Shown: piece by piece, positions 33,594 through 44,256 of the stretch
Position numbering within the stretch: the first letter of the stretch is position 1
Layout: each line of letters starts with the position of its first letter
Assembly: GCA_963762145.1 (NCBI GenBank)
Contig: CAVXJS010000010.1
Coordinates: 96,001 to 160,000 of the forward strand
Length of the DNA: 64,000 bases
Origin: an uncultured Candidatus Rokubacteria bacterium
Lineage (GTDB): Bacteria > Methylomirabilota > Methylomirabilia > Rokubacteriales > CSP1-6
Direction: 5' to 3'
Translations under genes and position numbers: made by a program
Notes under the pieces: model-generated
Seen by the model: the letters and a program-made list of their open reading frames with translations, nothing else
What the model was told of the DNA's origin: nothing
The model's database searches: none

Positions 33594-34931
33594 CTATCGG
33601 CGCGATGGGGATGGTAGAACCAGGATCGCCGGCATCTGGAAGAGCCCGATGTCTGCGAACATCCCATCTCCGGAGGTGCCCTCCAGATTGAGCGAGCGAA
33701 AGCCATTCGCCTCGGCCACCACCTTCTGCCGCTGGTTTCGTGGCACCCCCACCAGGAAGAACCCATCCGTGTCCGGCCCGTCCGAGGTCCGGGTCGCGTA
33801 GTAGAAGAACTCCCCCTCTTTCAAGAACTTCGTCGCGTCCGTGGACCACTGGCTTTCCGGAATGCGCTGCGCGACGATCCGCTGCGCCTCGTCGGAAAGT
33901 CGCCGGATCTGGTCTAGCGTCCTGTCCGCCCGATAGAACAAGACGCTGGCGCCCGGCACGGGTCGCTGGGTCGAGGCCGATATCACTCGGCCCCCGAGAA
34001 AAATGCGCGTGCGCGTCACGTCCGTGTTCCTGGGATGCTCCAGCCACTTCCGGTCGATCTCCGGGATCTGCTGGTGAAATCGTAGCGCGGTCATCGCCAG
34101 GGGCCCCACGGCCCACGTGATCGGATGGAAATAGGCGAACCGCGCCCCCCGATCGTCCGTCTGCGAGACGCGGGTCGGGATCCCGATCAGCCGGCCCCCA
34201 TGGAGTGCGGAGCCCCCGCTGTTGCCTCCGGCCACCGTCGCCACCGCCTTCAGCGAACCGTCCTTGGCGTCGGGCGCCCCCATCGTGTACCCGGAGAACT
34301 GGGCCGTCGTGGGCGTCAGCGTCTCCCCCCCGCCGCCCGGATAGCCCAGGATCTGCAGCATCGCGAGGGGCTCGATCCCGTACGGATTGCCCAGCCGGAC
34401 GAACGAGAAGCGCTGAGGCGGGAGCGGCTTCCCATCCCCCTGAGCACGAATCTTCAATATCGCCACGTCGAGACCCGGATGCGCGGCAACGAGGCCGGCG
34501 CGGTATCGGACCACGGGCGGCCCGAGTGGGTCCTCGGGCCGTATCTCGTAGACCAGCATGTCCGGGCCGATGGGCGTGATCTTCACCAATCGCCGAGCAT
34601 TCTTCGGATCTCGCTGATAGGTCGTATCCGAGAGCGCATTGTAGACGTGAAAATTCGTCAGGATCAGCCCATCGTCCGTCACGACCGTCCCGGATCCGAT
34701 CGATCGTCGGCCCTGTCGCGTGGTCTGGAGGACCCCGGGGTCTGCGACTTCGGTTCCGCGCATGACCGGATCCCGGTACTCCTGGACCAGGTAGTCGGAT
34801 CCCAGCTTGACGAACGGCCGCAGATCACCGGGCAGGGTCTGCGCCGTGGCCTGCTCGCCAATGCCGAGGATGAAGAGGCTGCACAGGCCCGCCACCACGC
34901 GCGAGGCGACGCTCACGGCGTTCTCCTTCAT
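33594..34931 (-). CDS. Trypsin-like serine protease, exported
   Basis: GSG, LTNFHV (His), DVAIL (Asp), GNSGG (Ser). Confidence 0.88.
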   Translation of the reverse strand: MKENAVSVASRVVAGLCSLFILGIGEQATAQTLPGDLRPFVKLGSDYLVQEYRDPVMRGTEVADPGVLQTTRQGRRSIGSGTVVTDDGLILTNFHVYNALSDTTYQRDPKNARRLVKITPIGPDMLVYEIRPEDPLGPPVVRYRAGLVAAHPGLDVAILKIRAQGDGKPLPPQRFSFVRLGNPYGIEPLAMLQILGYPGGGGETLTPTTAQFSGYTMGAPDAKDGSLKAVATVAGGNSGGSALHGGRLIGIPTRVSQTDDRGARFAYFHPITWAVGPLAMTALRFHQQIPEIDRKWLEHPRNTDVTRTRIFLGGRVISASTQRPVPGASVLFYRADRTLDQIRRLSDEAQRIVAQRIPESQWSTDATKFLKEGEFFYYATRTSDGPDTDGFFLVGVPRNQRQKVVAEANGFRSLNLEGTSGDGMFADIGLFQMPAILVLPSPSRR

Positions 34932-36316
34932 TTGCTCGTCCACCGGACGGAATCGAGAATGCGCCCGTAGAGCATCTCGTCTTGCGGGAAGGTCGAGGGC
35001 CTGCCGTCGAACGTGAAGACGAAGGTATGGCTCTCAGAGGGGATCACATCGGTGTAGGCCCACAGCATCTCGGGCAGCTGGCCCGGCTGCGCGGCGTCCT
35101 TCTTCAGGTAGGCGTACTTTGCGCGCAAGCCACTCCGGCCGCCGATCGTGATGCGCTCGATCGCGAGCGACAGCGGCGGTGAATGCTCGAGGTAGGCGAG
35201 GGGATCCACCGTCGACAGCTCGACCCGTTCAGGTCGGGCACCCACGGTCAGGCCGAACAGCCCGTCCGTCCCGACTCCACGAAACAGCGTCAGAATGCTC
35301 GGTCGCCCGGTGTCCGCGCTGGGGACCAGCGTCGGCTTCAGCCGCCAAGCGGGATAGCCAAAGCTGATCCCGTAGCTCGGGCTGGTGAACGCGACGTCAC
35401 GGGTCGCGGCATATCCGAGGAGCCCACCGGCGAGCAGGAGGACCCCGGCAACGGCCCAGACGAGGAGATCGGGTCCCGAGAATCGCCTGGCCGGACGTCG
35501 CACCGGCTCCCCGGAGACGCGGCGGATGAGCGCTGTCACGATGCCCAGCACGATCGCCGACAGTGCCACCGAGAGCCCGAAGGAAACCCAGAACGCCTGC
35601 GTCCACCCGGCCAGCAAGACGATCTCGTTGGCCGCGTGATAGAGACCGGTCAGGACGACCCCGATCACGATGGCGAGGACGTGGGACGCTCGTCCGTGTC
35701 TCGTGGAAAACTTCGTCCGGCCAACCAGATGGCCCACGAGGGCGCCCCCGCTGGCATACATCAGGATGTTGGTGGCCGCGGTATAGCCGATGGCGAAGAG
35801 CGTGAAGTCCAGATGCCCCGCCAGGTAGGTGAGACTGGTGATCGTGGCAAAGCCGGCGCCGGCGAACGCCCCGTAGATCATGCCATCGGCGGGCTCGTCG
35901 AAGTCACGTGAAGGGTAAAAGCCGAGGTGGATGATGAGGTAGACCAGGAAGCTTGCGAGCGTGCCGCGCACCAGCGCCGAGCCAAGGATGAGCAGACCCG
36001 GCGATTCGTAGAGCCAGGCGGAGGTCTGGAAGAGGTCACGTTCGATGGGCAGGGCGAACACGCTCGCGGCGGCCATCCCCGCGAGGAATGCGAGGATCAC
36101 GGCGTGCGATGGCTCCGGCTTCCGTCGGTCCTGGAGGTAGAAGAAGACCGTCCAGAGAGCGCTCGGCAGGCCGACCAGGAGGAGCAAGGCGTACGGTGCC
36201 CACGGACCGGCCATCCCGAGCGCGGAGGCGCTCCCGAACGCATAGAGCGCCGCCAGCAGGACAATCTGGCCGAGAATGTTGAGCCAGCCGGTGGTGAGGA
36301 ACGTACGCCTGCGCAT
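34928..36316 (-). CDS. PrsW-family intramembrane protease-like protein with C-terminal soluble domain
   Basis: DRRKPEP and FDEPADGMIYG..AG.GFA; the usual EE and H catalytic motifs look degenerate. Confidence 0.75.
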   Translation of the reverse strand: MRRRTFLTTGWLNILGQIVLLAALYAFGSASALGMAGPWAPYALLLLVGLPSALWTVFFYLQDRRKPEPSHAVILAFLAGMAAASVFALPIERDLFQTSAWLYESPGLLILGSALVRGTLASFLVYLIIHLGFYPSRDFDEPADGMIYGAFAGAGFATITSLTYLAGHLDFTLFAIGYTAATNILMYASGGALVGHLVGRTKFSTRHGRASHVLAIVIGVVLTGLYHAANEIVLLAGWTQAFWVSFGLSVALSAIVLGIVTALIRRVSGEPVRRPARRFSGPDLLVWAVAGVLLLAGGLLGYAATRDVAFTSPSYGISFGYPAWRLKPTLVPSADTGRPSILTLFRGVGTDGLFGLTVGARPERVELSTVDPLAYLEHSPPLSLAIERITIGGRSGLRAKYAYLKKDAAQPGQLPEMLWAYTDVIPSESHTFVFTFDGRPSTFPQDEMLYGRILDSVRWTSK

Positions 36317-36325
36317 CGATCTCCC

Positions 36326-38063
36326 TCAGCGCGCGGGCTGCGCCGCCGCGCGAAGCTGGGCCGTCTCCTCCGGGACGACCTTCCACGTGCGCTCGTCGAT
36401 CGCCACCCCGTACTCCCGTCGCGCGTACGCGGGGCTGATCTTCTCCTCCATCACGTCGCGCAGCACGCGCTCGGGATCGCGCGCGAACGGGTCGCCCCAG
36501 CCGCCGGCGCCGGCCAGCTCGTGGCGGTAGACGTCGCCGTGACCGCACGGTCAGCGTGCACTTGGCCGGCAGCTCGCGCTCCTCCGGGCCGGGGTTCAGG
36601 ACATTGCGCGACGGCGTGCCCGGGCGCCCGCCCGCCAGGCCGTAGGGCACGTGGTTGCGCCGGTCGGTGCGGAGCTGGAGCACACCTTCCGCCTCGAGGA
36701 AGCGATACTGCCGCTCGAGGGCGAGGCCGCCTCGGAACTTGCCGGGGCCGCCGGTGTCGGGCAGGTAGCCGTAGCGCTCGATCATGAGCGGGTACTCGGC
36801 CTCGATGATCTCCACGGGATTGTTCGAGAAGTTCACGACCGAGCTGCTGCACGCATCCACGCCGTCCTTGGTCGGGCGGCCGCCCCAGGAGCCGAAGAGG
36901 AACTCGAGGAAGACGAAGGGCCGCCGCTCGGCGTCGTAGCCGCCGAAGCTCACGCCGGTGTCGCCGCCCACCTCGCACGCGAAGACGCGATCCGGCGCGA
37001 TCTGGGCGAGGGCGCCGAATACCGCGTTGGCCATGCGGAAGCCGGTGAGGCCGCGGGCGGCGACCGCGGCGGGCATGACCGGGTTGACCACGGTGCCGGG
37101 CGGCGCGATCACCTCGATGGGGCGGAAGTAGCCCTCGTTGTTGGGCGGCGTGCCGCCGACCAGGTGGCGCACGCACGCGTACACCGCGGACTTGGTGAAG
37201 GGCAGCGGCGAGTTGATGGCGCCCTTCACCTGCGGCGCGGAGCCGGTGAAGTCGGCGATCAGGCGGTCGCCCTTGACCGTGATGGCCACCGTGATCGGGA
37301 TCGGGTCGGGATCGATGCCGTCGTCGTCCATCCAGTCGGTGAACGTGTAGGTGCCGTCGGGCATGGCGGTGATGGCGTTGCGCGCCAGGCGCTCGGCCTG
37401 GTCGAGCAGCGCGGTCGTGCACGCGGCGAAGCGCTCGGGGCCGTACTGCTCGGCCAGCTTCAGGTAGCCGCGCTCGCCGGTGAGGCAGGCGGCCACCTGC
37501 GAGCGCACGTCGCCCAGCACCTGGCGCGGCACGCGCACGTTGCGGTCGATCAGCTCGAACAGCGCGTCCACCGGCTTGCCCGCCGCGTAGAGCCGCAGGG
37601 GCGGGATCCGCAGCCCCTCCTGGAAGATCTCGGTCGCGTCGCAGCCGTTGCCGCCCGCGGTCTTGCCGCCCACGTCCAGCTGGTGCCCGATGCTCGCGGA
37701 CCAGCCGACGAGGCGCCGGTCCACGAAGATGGGCTTGAAGATGTAGAAGTCGGGCAGATGCGTGCCGCCCTCGAACGGATCGTTCAGGATGAACACGTCG
37801 CCCGGCTCGAGGCTCGGGCCGAACTTGCGACGCACCTGCGCCATGGCGTCGGGGATGGAGCCGAGATGGAGCGGCAGCGTGAGGCCCTGGGCGATCAGGC
37901 GGCCGTCGACGTCGCAGAGGGCGCACGACATGTCCATCGCGTTCTTGAGGTTGTTCGAGTAGGCGGTGCGCACGAGGGCGATGGCCATCTCGTCCACGAT
38001 CGCGTCGAGGCCGTTCTTCACCAGCTCGAGGAGAATCGGATCGCTGAGATCGCGGGCGGTCAT
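36326..38063 (-). CDS. hyuB: Hydantoinase B / 5-oxoprolinase subunit (frameshift near 36540)
   Basis: NDPFEGGTHLPD, EIFQEGLRIPP, DTGGPGKFRGG, GAGGWGDP. Confidence 0.93.
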
Positions 38064-40138
38064 GCGGGGCCTCCGGTGGTGATGACGATGTTGCCGTGGG
38101 CGTCCAGGCGGGCCGCGCAGCCCGGCGGGACCAGGGTGGTGGCGTCGTACTCGTCGAGGAGCAGCGGCCCGGGCCGCGCCGTGGCGTCGAGCGCCGCGCG
38201 CGAGATGACGGGCGTCGCGATCGCCCCGTGGGCGGGGCCGAAGTAGGCGCGGCGGTCGCCGCCCCGCCCGGCGCGGTCCTCCTGGAGCCGGATCGCCGCG
38301 CGGTCCGCGGGCCGCAGCACCCGCGCGGTCAGCCGCAGGTTCACGATCTGGATGGGATCGCCCTCCGCCTGGTGGCCGTACGTGCGCTCGTGCTCGCGGC
38401 CGAAGTCGGCGGCCAGCGTCCGGAACGCCTCGTCGCTGAACGCCGGCGGCAGCGGCACCGTCAGCTCGAAGGATTGCCCCTGGTACTTGAGGTCCACCGA
38501 CCGCTCGATCTCCACGCGAGCCCGGCTGCCTTCGGCGCGCAGCAGGGCCTCGGCCTCGCGCTCCATCTCCGCCACCACGGCGCCGATCTCCGAGGGCTTC
38601 GTGCCGAAGAGCGGCCGGAGGACCGTCCGGACCAGGTGATGCTCCACCTCGGCCTCGAGCAGGCCGAGCGCGCTGAAGACGCCGGGCGCGGGTGGGACCA
38701 GGATCGTGCCGATCTCGAGCGAGCGCGCCATCTCGGCGGCGAAGAGCGGGCCGTTGCCGCCGAAGGCCACCAGCGTGAAGTCGCGCGGGTCGCGGCCGCG
38801 CTCGATGGTGACCGCGCGGACCGCGCGCGCCATGCCCGCGCACCCGAGCAGGTAGACGCCGTGGGCGGCGTCGGCCACGTCGATGCCGAGGGGCGCGGCG
38901 ATCTGCTCGGCGACCGCGCGGCGGGCCTTCTGGGCGTCCAGCCGCAGGCCGCTCGGCAGGCGCTCGGGATGCAGGTAGCCGAGCGTGACGTTGGCGTCGG
39001 TCAGCGTGACCTCGGTGCCGCCCTGGTCGTAGCAGACGGGCCCGGGCACCGCGCCCGCGCTCCGCGGGCCCACGTGCAGCGCCCGCGCGCCGTCCACGTG
39101 CACGATGCTGCCGCCGCCCGCGCCGACCTCGGCGATGTCGATGGCGGGCACGCGCAGAAGGAAGCCGCCGCCCTTGTTGAGCCGGCTGCCCTGCGACATG
39201 CTGCCGCCGATCTCGAACTCGCCGGTGCGCTTGATCTCGTACCCCTCGATGATGGAGGCCTTCGCGGTCGTCCCGCCCATGTCGATGGAGAGCGCGTTGG
39301 GCGCGCCGATCGCCCGGGCCAGCGCGGCGGTGGCGATGACCCCGGCGGCGGGCCCCGACTCGATCACGTGCACCGGGCGCTGACGCCCGCCCTCGGCGGT
39401 CATGACGCCGCCGTTGGACTGCATGATGAGGAGCGGCGCCCGGGCCTCCAGCGTGCGCAGCTCGCCCTCGAGCGAGGCGAGGTAGCGGCCCATCACCGGC
39501 ATCACGTAGGCGTTGGTGACCGCGGTGCTCGTGCGCTCGAACTCGCGCATCTCGGGCAGGATCTCGGAGGAGAGGGTCAGCGCCACGTGGGGCGCGCGCT
39601 CGCGGATCATCGCGCCCACCTGGGCCTCGTGGGCCGGGTTGGCGTAGGCGTGCAGGAAGCAGACCGCGATCGACTCCACGCCCTCGGCGAGCAGCCGATC
39701 GATGGCGGCGGCCGCGCCGTCCCGGTCCAGGGGCGTCACCACCTCGCCGCGGTGGTTCATGCGCTCGCGGATCTCGCGCCGCCACCGGCGGGGCACCAGC
39801 GGCGCCGGGCGCTCGAAGTCGAGGTCGTAGAGCCGCGAGAGCCGCAGCCGGCCGATCTCGAGCAGGTCGCGGAAGCCCTCGGTGGTCAGGAGGCCCGCGC
39901 GCGCGCCGCGGCGCTCCAGGATCGCGTTGGTGGCCACGGTGGTGCCGTGGATGATCTCGCCGATGTCGCGCGCCGCGATGCCGGCCTGCCCGGTCAGCTC
40001 GCGGATGCCCGCGATGATGGCCTCGGCATAGTTGGCGGTGGTCGACAGCACCTTGCAGGTGCGCGCGACGCCGTCGGGCGACACCAGGACCAGGTCGGTG
40101 AAGGTGCCCCCCACGTCCACTCCCAGCCGGTAGCTCAT
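38060..40138 (-). CDS. hyuA: Hydantoinase A / 5-oxoprolinase subunit
   Basis: GVDVGGTFTD, HGTTVATN, ESGPAAG, DMGGTT, GAGGGS. Confidence 0.95.
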   Translation of the reverse strand: MSYRLGVDVGGTFTDLVLVSPDGVARTCKVLSTTANYAEAIIAGIRELTGQAGIAARDIGEIIHGTTVATNAILERRGARAGLLTTEGFRDLLEIGRLRLSRLYDLDFERPAPLVPRRWRREIRERMNHRGEVVTPLDRDGAAAAIDRLLAEGVESIAVCFLHAYANPAHEAQVGAMIRERAPHVALTLSSEILPEMREFERTSTAVTNAYVMPVMGRYLASLEGELRTLEARAPLLIMQSNGGVMTAEGGRQRPVHVIESGPAAGVIATAALARAIGAPNALSIDMGGTTAKASIIEGYEIKRTGEFEIGGSMSQGSRLNKGGGFLLRVPAIDIAEVGAGGGSIVHVDGARALHVGPRSAGAVPGPVCYDQGGTEVTLTDANVTLGYLHPERLPSGLRLDAQKARRAVAEQIAAPLGIDVADAAHGVYLLGCAGMARAVRAVTIERGRDPRDFTLVAFGGNGPLFAAEMARSLEIGTILVPPAPGVFSALGLLEAEVEHHLVRTVLRPLFGTKPSEIGAVVAEMEREAEALLRAEGSRARVEIERSVDLKYQGQSFELTVPLPPAFSDEAFRTLAADFGREHERTYGHQAEGDPIQIVNLRLTARVLRPADRAAIRLQEDRAGRGGDRRAYFGPAHGAIATPVISRAALDATARPGPLLLDEYDATTLVPPGCAARLDAHGNIVITTGGPA

Positions 40139-40330
40139 GCCGATCTCCCGAAGCCCGCCAGCCCGCGCGGAAAGAAGATGACGAAGACCCTGATCACGAA
40201 GCCCACCGACCAGGTTGTACACGACGCCGACGAAGCGCAAGCCCTCAGTAGAGGCCGTAGAGGAGCAGCGCGCCGAGGACTGGGCCCCACAGTGTGCCGA
40301 GACCGCCGAAGACTACCATGCCGATGACCA
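40135..40330 (-). repeat. Degenerate direct repeat of the livM 3' end
   Basis: Matches 45076-45272 with small indels; overlaps the hydA start (ATGA). Confidence 0.92.
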
Positions 40331-40585
40331 TTGAGCGTTGCATCCATCTGATCCGCGGTCAGCGGATCATGCTGGATGCCGATCTTGCTCCCTTCTACGG
40401 CGTGTCGACGCGTGTTCTCACCCAGGCTGTGAGACGAAACCGGGAGCGGTTCCCCGGCGACTTCTTGTTCCAATTGGTAGCCGATGAGGTCACCATCTTG
40501 AGATCACAAACTGTGATCTCAAGTTTGGGTCATGGTGGTCGTCGATATCGTCCGTAGGCCTTTACCGAGCAGGGCATCGCGATGG
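40331..40585 (+). pseudogene. ORF6N domain fragment
   Basis: IRGQRIMLDADLA.FYGV.TR.L.QAVRRNRERFPGDF, then an in-frame TAG; paralogous to 44575-44840. Confidence 0.85.
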
Positions 40586-40589
40586 TTCC

Positions 40590-41676
40590 CAGCGTACTTT
40601 CGGGGAGTCTGAGCCTCGTAGGACGACGTACCACTCCCCCAGATGCTCCGGCCTGCCTTTCGCGGTGTCATTTGGAAGCTCCTGTTGCGTTCCTCGAAAT
40701 AGCGAGAGATTGCGGCTTTTGCATCCTCGACGCTTGCATAGTCGCTGTTATGGATGATGGCACGCGCCATTCCACTGAATACTGACTCGATGACGTTGAG
40801 GAACTGAGCCCCGCCCGGGAGTGGCAGGACCCGGATTTCTGGAAAGTCTCCGCGAGGACCTGGCGCGTTCAGCCCTTCGATTCGATCGTGGAGCGCCTTC
40901 GACCGATGCCAGGGAGCAGCATCCCAGGACAAATAGATCCGTCGAAACCCCCGATACTGGTGTCTGATCATCTCCACCAGCTTAGTAGTCTCAATGGTGT
41001 TCTTCTTTTGCGAGTAGAAGTGGCTCATCCGGTTCTTCGAGAGCTCCAAAGCCGCGGTGACGATCAGGCTGCCCTTGGACTTTTGCCACTGTGGCACCAC
41101 TCGAACTTGATGTGGGCCGGATAGGGATCTGCCGGCTCGCATCTTGACGGCGAATGGACCGAACTCGTCGATCGAGAAGAATGCCTCATCGTGTTCGAGA
41201 CGGGACAGGGTCGAGCGTATGATCTCCACCTTGCCCCGGTAGTCGGGATCGGTGCTGGTCAAGGTGACGCGGGCCTGCTTCCACCTGTACCCTGCGGCGT
41301 GGATCACGGCGCGAATGTTCCTGGCGGTTGATCGCTTGCCCTGTGCGCAAAGGACATTCGCGAGATCCGTAAGGGTCCAGCTGGTTCGATTTAATCCGTG
41401 GTCGCTGGGCGGAGTGTGGAGAACTGCAAAGACGGCGTCACGTAATTCCTCGCCAGGTTGAAGATAGCGGCGGGGGATGTGGTTGGGACGGCAGCTCCGC
41501 CCTTCCAGCCCGGGAGCTCCTTCAGAACGAAAGCGTTTCAGCCATTTGCGAACCGTGCGCTCGGTTACCCTGAACTCGCGGGCGACGGCTGTGGGCTTCT
41601 GCCCGCTGTCAAGGACGCGACTGACGATAAGAGAGCGGCAGTGAGGACACGTGCGAGCGTTGCGGTGGAGTCTCAT
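40590..41676 (-). mobile_element. IS630-family transposase with IS481-like N-terminal HTH
   Basis: LHRNART leader, KWLKRF..EG..GL, FSIDE, SWDAAPWH, FLNVIE (DDE); no terminal inverted repeats recognised. Confidence 0.8.
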
Positions 41677-41793
41677 GCACTATCCTTTCTACTCGGAGCT
41701 CATGCGTTCCATCGGCTGACTCATGCCCCGGCCGATCTGGCGGCGGGGGGCCCAGTTTGACCTTCGCGGTGTCCCCAAGGTAGGCTTCTCGCC

Positions 41794-42021
41794 ATGGGAT
41801 ATCAGGACCGAATCACCATCGAGCCGGACAAGCGTGGTGGCAAGCCTTGTATCCGCGGGTTGCGCATCACTGTCTACGACGTACTGGAGTACCTCGCTTC
41901 CGGCATGTCGGAGGATCAGATCCTGCGAGATTTTCCCGACCTTGCCCGCGAGGACATCCTGGCTTGCCTGGCCTTCGCCGCTGACCGAGAGCGAAGGTTG
42001 GTATCCGTGCCGCCTCAGTGA
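41794..42021 (+). CDS. DUF433 antitoxin
   Basis: GGKPCIRGLRITVYDVLEYLASGMS. Confidence 0.93.
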   Translation: MGYQDRITIEPDKRGGKPCIRGLRITVYDVLEYLASGMSEDQILRDFPDLAREDILACLAFAADRERRLVSVPPQ

Positions 42022-42350
42022 GGCTGTTGCTCGACCAGAACCTCTCCCCCGGGCTCATCGACCTCCTCGCTGACCTGTACCCCGGCTCGCAGCACGTCCG
42101 AAGCGTTGGCCTCGGCGCCGCTAATGACGAACAAGTGTGGTCATACGCCGCCCGGGAAGGCCTGGCGATCGTGTCGAAGGATACCGATTTTCACCAGCGA
42201 AGCTTCCTCTTCGGGGGCCCGCCGAAGGTGATCTGGATCCGGCTAGGGAACTGCTCAACCGACGACATCGCACGCCTGTTGCGACAGCATCACGCCGCCC
42301 TCCTCGCGTTCGATCAGCACCCGGAAGGGACGTTCATGGCGCTGGGCTGA
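42018..42350 (+). CDS. DUF5615 PIN-like toxin
   Basis: LLLDQNLSP, IVSKDTDF, PPKVIWIRLGN. Confidence 0.92.
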   Translation: MRLLLDQNLSPGLIDLLADLYPGSQHVRSVGLGAANDEQVWSYAAREGLAIVSKDTDFHQRSFLFGGPPKVIWIRLGNCSTDDIARLLRQHHAALLAFDQHPEGTFMALG

Positions 42351-42378
42351 CCTCTCGCCGAAGATTGCCTGCGACTGC

Positions 42379-42474
42379 GAGGCGATCGGGCGGGAGCGGC
42401 GGCGGGTGGTGGCGGACAATACTGGTTTCCATGCACGGGGGCGGGAGTCGCGGGTGGTGTTGCCGATCATCTAG
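42379..42474 (+). repeat. Copy of the cocE 3' end
   Basis: Matches 4340-4430; encodes EAIGRERRRVVADNTGFHARGRESRVVLPII*. Confidence 0.92.
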
Positions 42475-42490
42475 CGGGGGAGCCGCTCAG

Positions 42491-42688
42491 CTACCGCGAA
42501 GTCTCGAAGGCGGCCCGCGGGATGCCGCTCTGGCGAAAGATGGCGAGGAGGGTGCCGATCGCCAGTTCGGGATGATCGGGCACGGGCTGCATGACGACGT
42601 GGCTTCCGCGCCGTCTCACTTCGCGGAGGCCGTGTTGCTGCAGTATCTGGCAGGTCTCGCGCCAGGAGAGGACGCGGAGCCTACCCAT
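42491..42688 (-). CDS. hicA: HicA toxin (possibly internally shortened)
   Basis: RRRGSHVVM, VPDHPELAIGTL..I.RQSG. Confidence 0.85.
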   Translation of the reverse strand: MGRLRVLSWRETCQILQQHGLREVRRRGSHVVMQPVPDHPELAIGTLLAIFRQSGIPRAAFETSR

Positions 42689-42914
42689 CCGCGGCCTGGA
42701 ACTGCGTCACGAAGACGTGTTCCCGCCGCCGATCTTTCATCTCTCCGGGATCGGCCGTCTCCATGAAAAGCGCGACGGCCTCCTTCAGGTTGTCCAGGGC
42801 ATTCTCGATCGAGGTGCCTTGACTGGCAACGTCCAGCTCCGGGCAGAGAGCCACGTACAGGTTGCCTTCCCGCTCGATGATCGCAGTGAATACCGAACCG
42901 GACGTGGGATTCAT
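42681..42914 (-). CDS. hicB: HicB antitoxin
   Basis: YVALCPELDVASQGTSIENALDNLKEAV. Confidence 0.92.
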   Translation of the reverse strand: MNPTSGSVFTAIIEREGNLYVALCPELDVASQGTSIENALDNLKEAVALFMETADPGEMKDRRREHVFVTQFQAADG

Positions 42915-42980
42915 TGTACAGACAGCCTAACACGCCGCAGCTCCGACCTTTCCTGTCCCCCTAAGGATACAGGCCGTGCC

Positions 42981-43604
42981 TCACTCATCCGCGGCGCGAT
43001 GCGCGGTGGCGTCCTTGTCCACCCAATCCGCCTCCTCCCACGTCACGCCCTTGCGCCCCGGCACCTTGCGCGTTGGTCCTGGCCGATACAGCGCGCACGC
43101 TTTGGGGCCATAGCAGAACGTCTCGAAGCGGTAGCGTGCCTCCGCGGCGGGCTTCCACGGGTCGATGATCATGTCCACCGGCATCCGGCAGCCCCAGAGG
43201 CAGGCGCGGCACATGGATTCGTAGGTCTTCGCGTCGAGCCGTCGATGACCCCGCTCCCGGTAAACCGGCAGCTCGGGTGGAACCCCCAGCCAGGGCGGTG
43301 GCGGCGGCGCCCCTGGCCCGCGAGCCATCAGCTCGAGTCGCACCGTCTTGTAGAAGTCCACCGGCTCGGTGCGCGGGTCGGCGACGGGGCTCGACTCGCC
43401 CTGGACGACGTCGCCGGCCCGGAAGCGATGCTTGGCCTGGGTCCCCGAGCCGATGCCGACGAGGAATTCGCCGCGTCGGTCGCCGATGGCCCCGTCGAGG
43501 CGGAGGGCGTAGCCCAGATACGTGTGGGTCCGCTCGTCGAACGATCGCGTGAGGCGGATCCGGGGCTGGATCCCGAGGAGTGTGCCCTGCCAGGCGAACC
43601 CCAT
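42981..43604 (-). CDS. Cys-containing hypothetical protein
   Basis: Clean 207-aa ORF with CRAC.WGC and FCYGPKAC. Confidence 0.7.
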   Translation of the reverse strand: MGFAWQGTLLGIQPRIRLTRSFDERTHTYLGYALRLDGAIGDRRGEFLVGIGSGTQAKHRFRAGDVVQGESSPVADPRTEPVDFYKTVRLELMARGPGAPPPPPWLGVPPELPVYRERGHRRLDAKTYESMCRACLWGCRMPVDMIIDPWKPAAEARYRFETFCYGPKACALYRPGPTRKVPGRKGVTWEEADWVDKDATAHRAADE

Positions 43605-43647
43605 GTCTCGCGGATCTCAGCGGATCTCGGTCGGCTTCCCAGTTTCC

Positions 43648-43935
43648 TCAGGCGCGCGCGAGCCTACGCCGGCGACCTCGCAGCTCCTGCTCGACTCTCT
43701 CGGCCAGGAAGATCTTGAGAAGTGATTGATACGGCACATCCCGCTTGTTGGCCAGGAGCTTCAGCTCCTCCAGCAGGAGATCCGGAAGGCGGACCGAGAT
43801 CGTCGTGAGGGAAGGCTTGAGGTTCGGGAAGACAACCCGCCTCCCCCGCTTCCAGTTGACATACCGTGTGGAGTCGGCCTTCGCCCAGAACTCACGCTCC
43901 TGCGTCTCGGACTTGAACCTCGGGATTTTCTTCAT
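43648..43935 (-). CDS. BrnA/CopG-like antitoxin
   Basis: IPRFKSE..EREFW, TISVRLP, RDVPYQSLLK. Confidence 0.9.
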   Translation of the reverse strand: MKKIPRFKSETQEREFWAKADSTRYVNWKRGRRVVFPNLKPSLTTISVRLPDLLLEELKLLANKRDVPYQSLLKIFLAERVEQELRGRRRRLARA

Positions 43936-44200
43936 GGCTTCTCGTACTCCGTCCGCTCTCGCCGGTTCATATCTCTCGCCGAGATGACCCGGATGAGGTC
44001 TCGGCGTATCGTGAACGCGATGAATAACCGCCTCCCGGAATCGGTCTGCCCGAGGGCGTAGAATCGGGGTTCCGCGTCCGAGTGGCCCTCATCGGCTGAT
44101 GCCGCGAGCGGCCGGTTGAAGAATACCTGCTCACATTCGGCGCCGGCCACCCGGTGGCGAGCCCAGTTCTTGGTGAGGTTGCCCTCATCCCAGTCAAACT
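43932..44200 (-). pseudogene. brnT: BrnT toxin, 5' end disrupted
   Basis: FDWDEGN..KN..RH, RVISAR; in-frame TAG immediately before FDWD. Confidence 0.8.
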
Positions 44201-44256
44201 ACCTGGAGTCAAGGCCGGTGTCGAGGAGCCTGTCGCCCTCTGGGGACGGTTCAATC

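Noticed and set aside
36036-39785. Very long alternative-frame ORFs (1249 aa here; also 1500-4028, 16537-18768, 38096-40327)
   Set aside because: Shadow ORFs typical of high-GC DNA; only the hydB portion of this ORF is real
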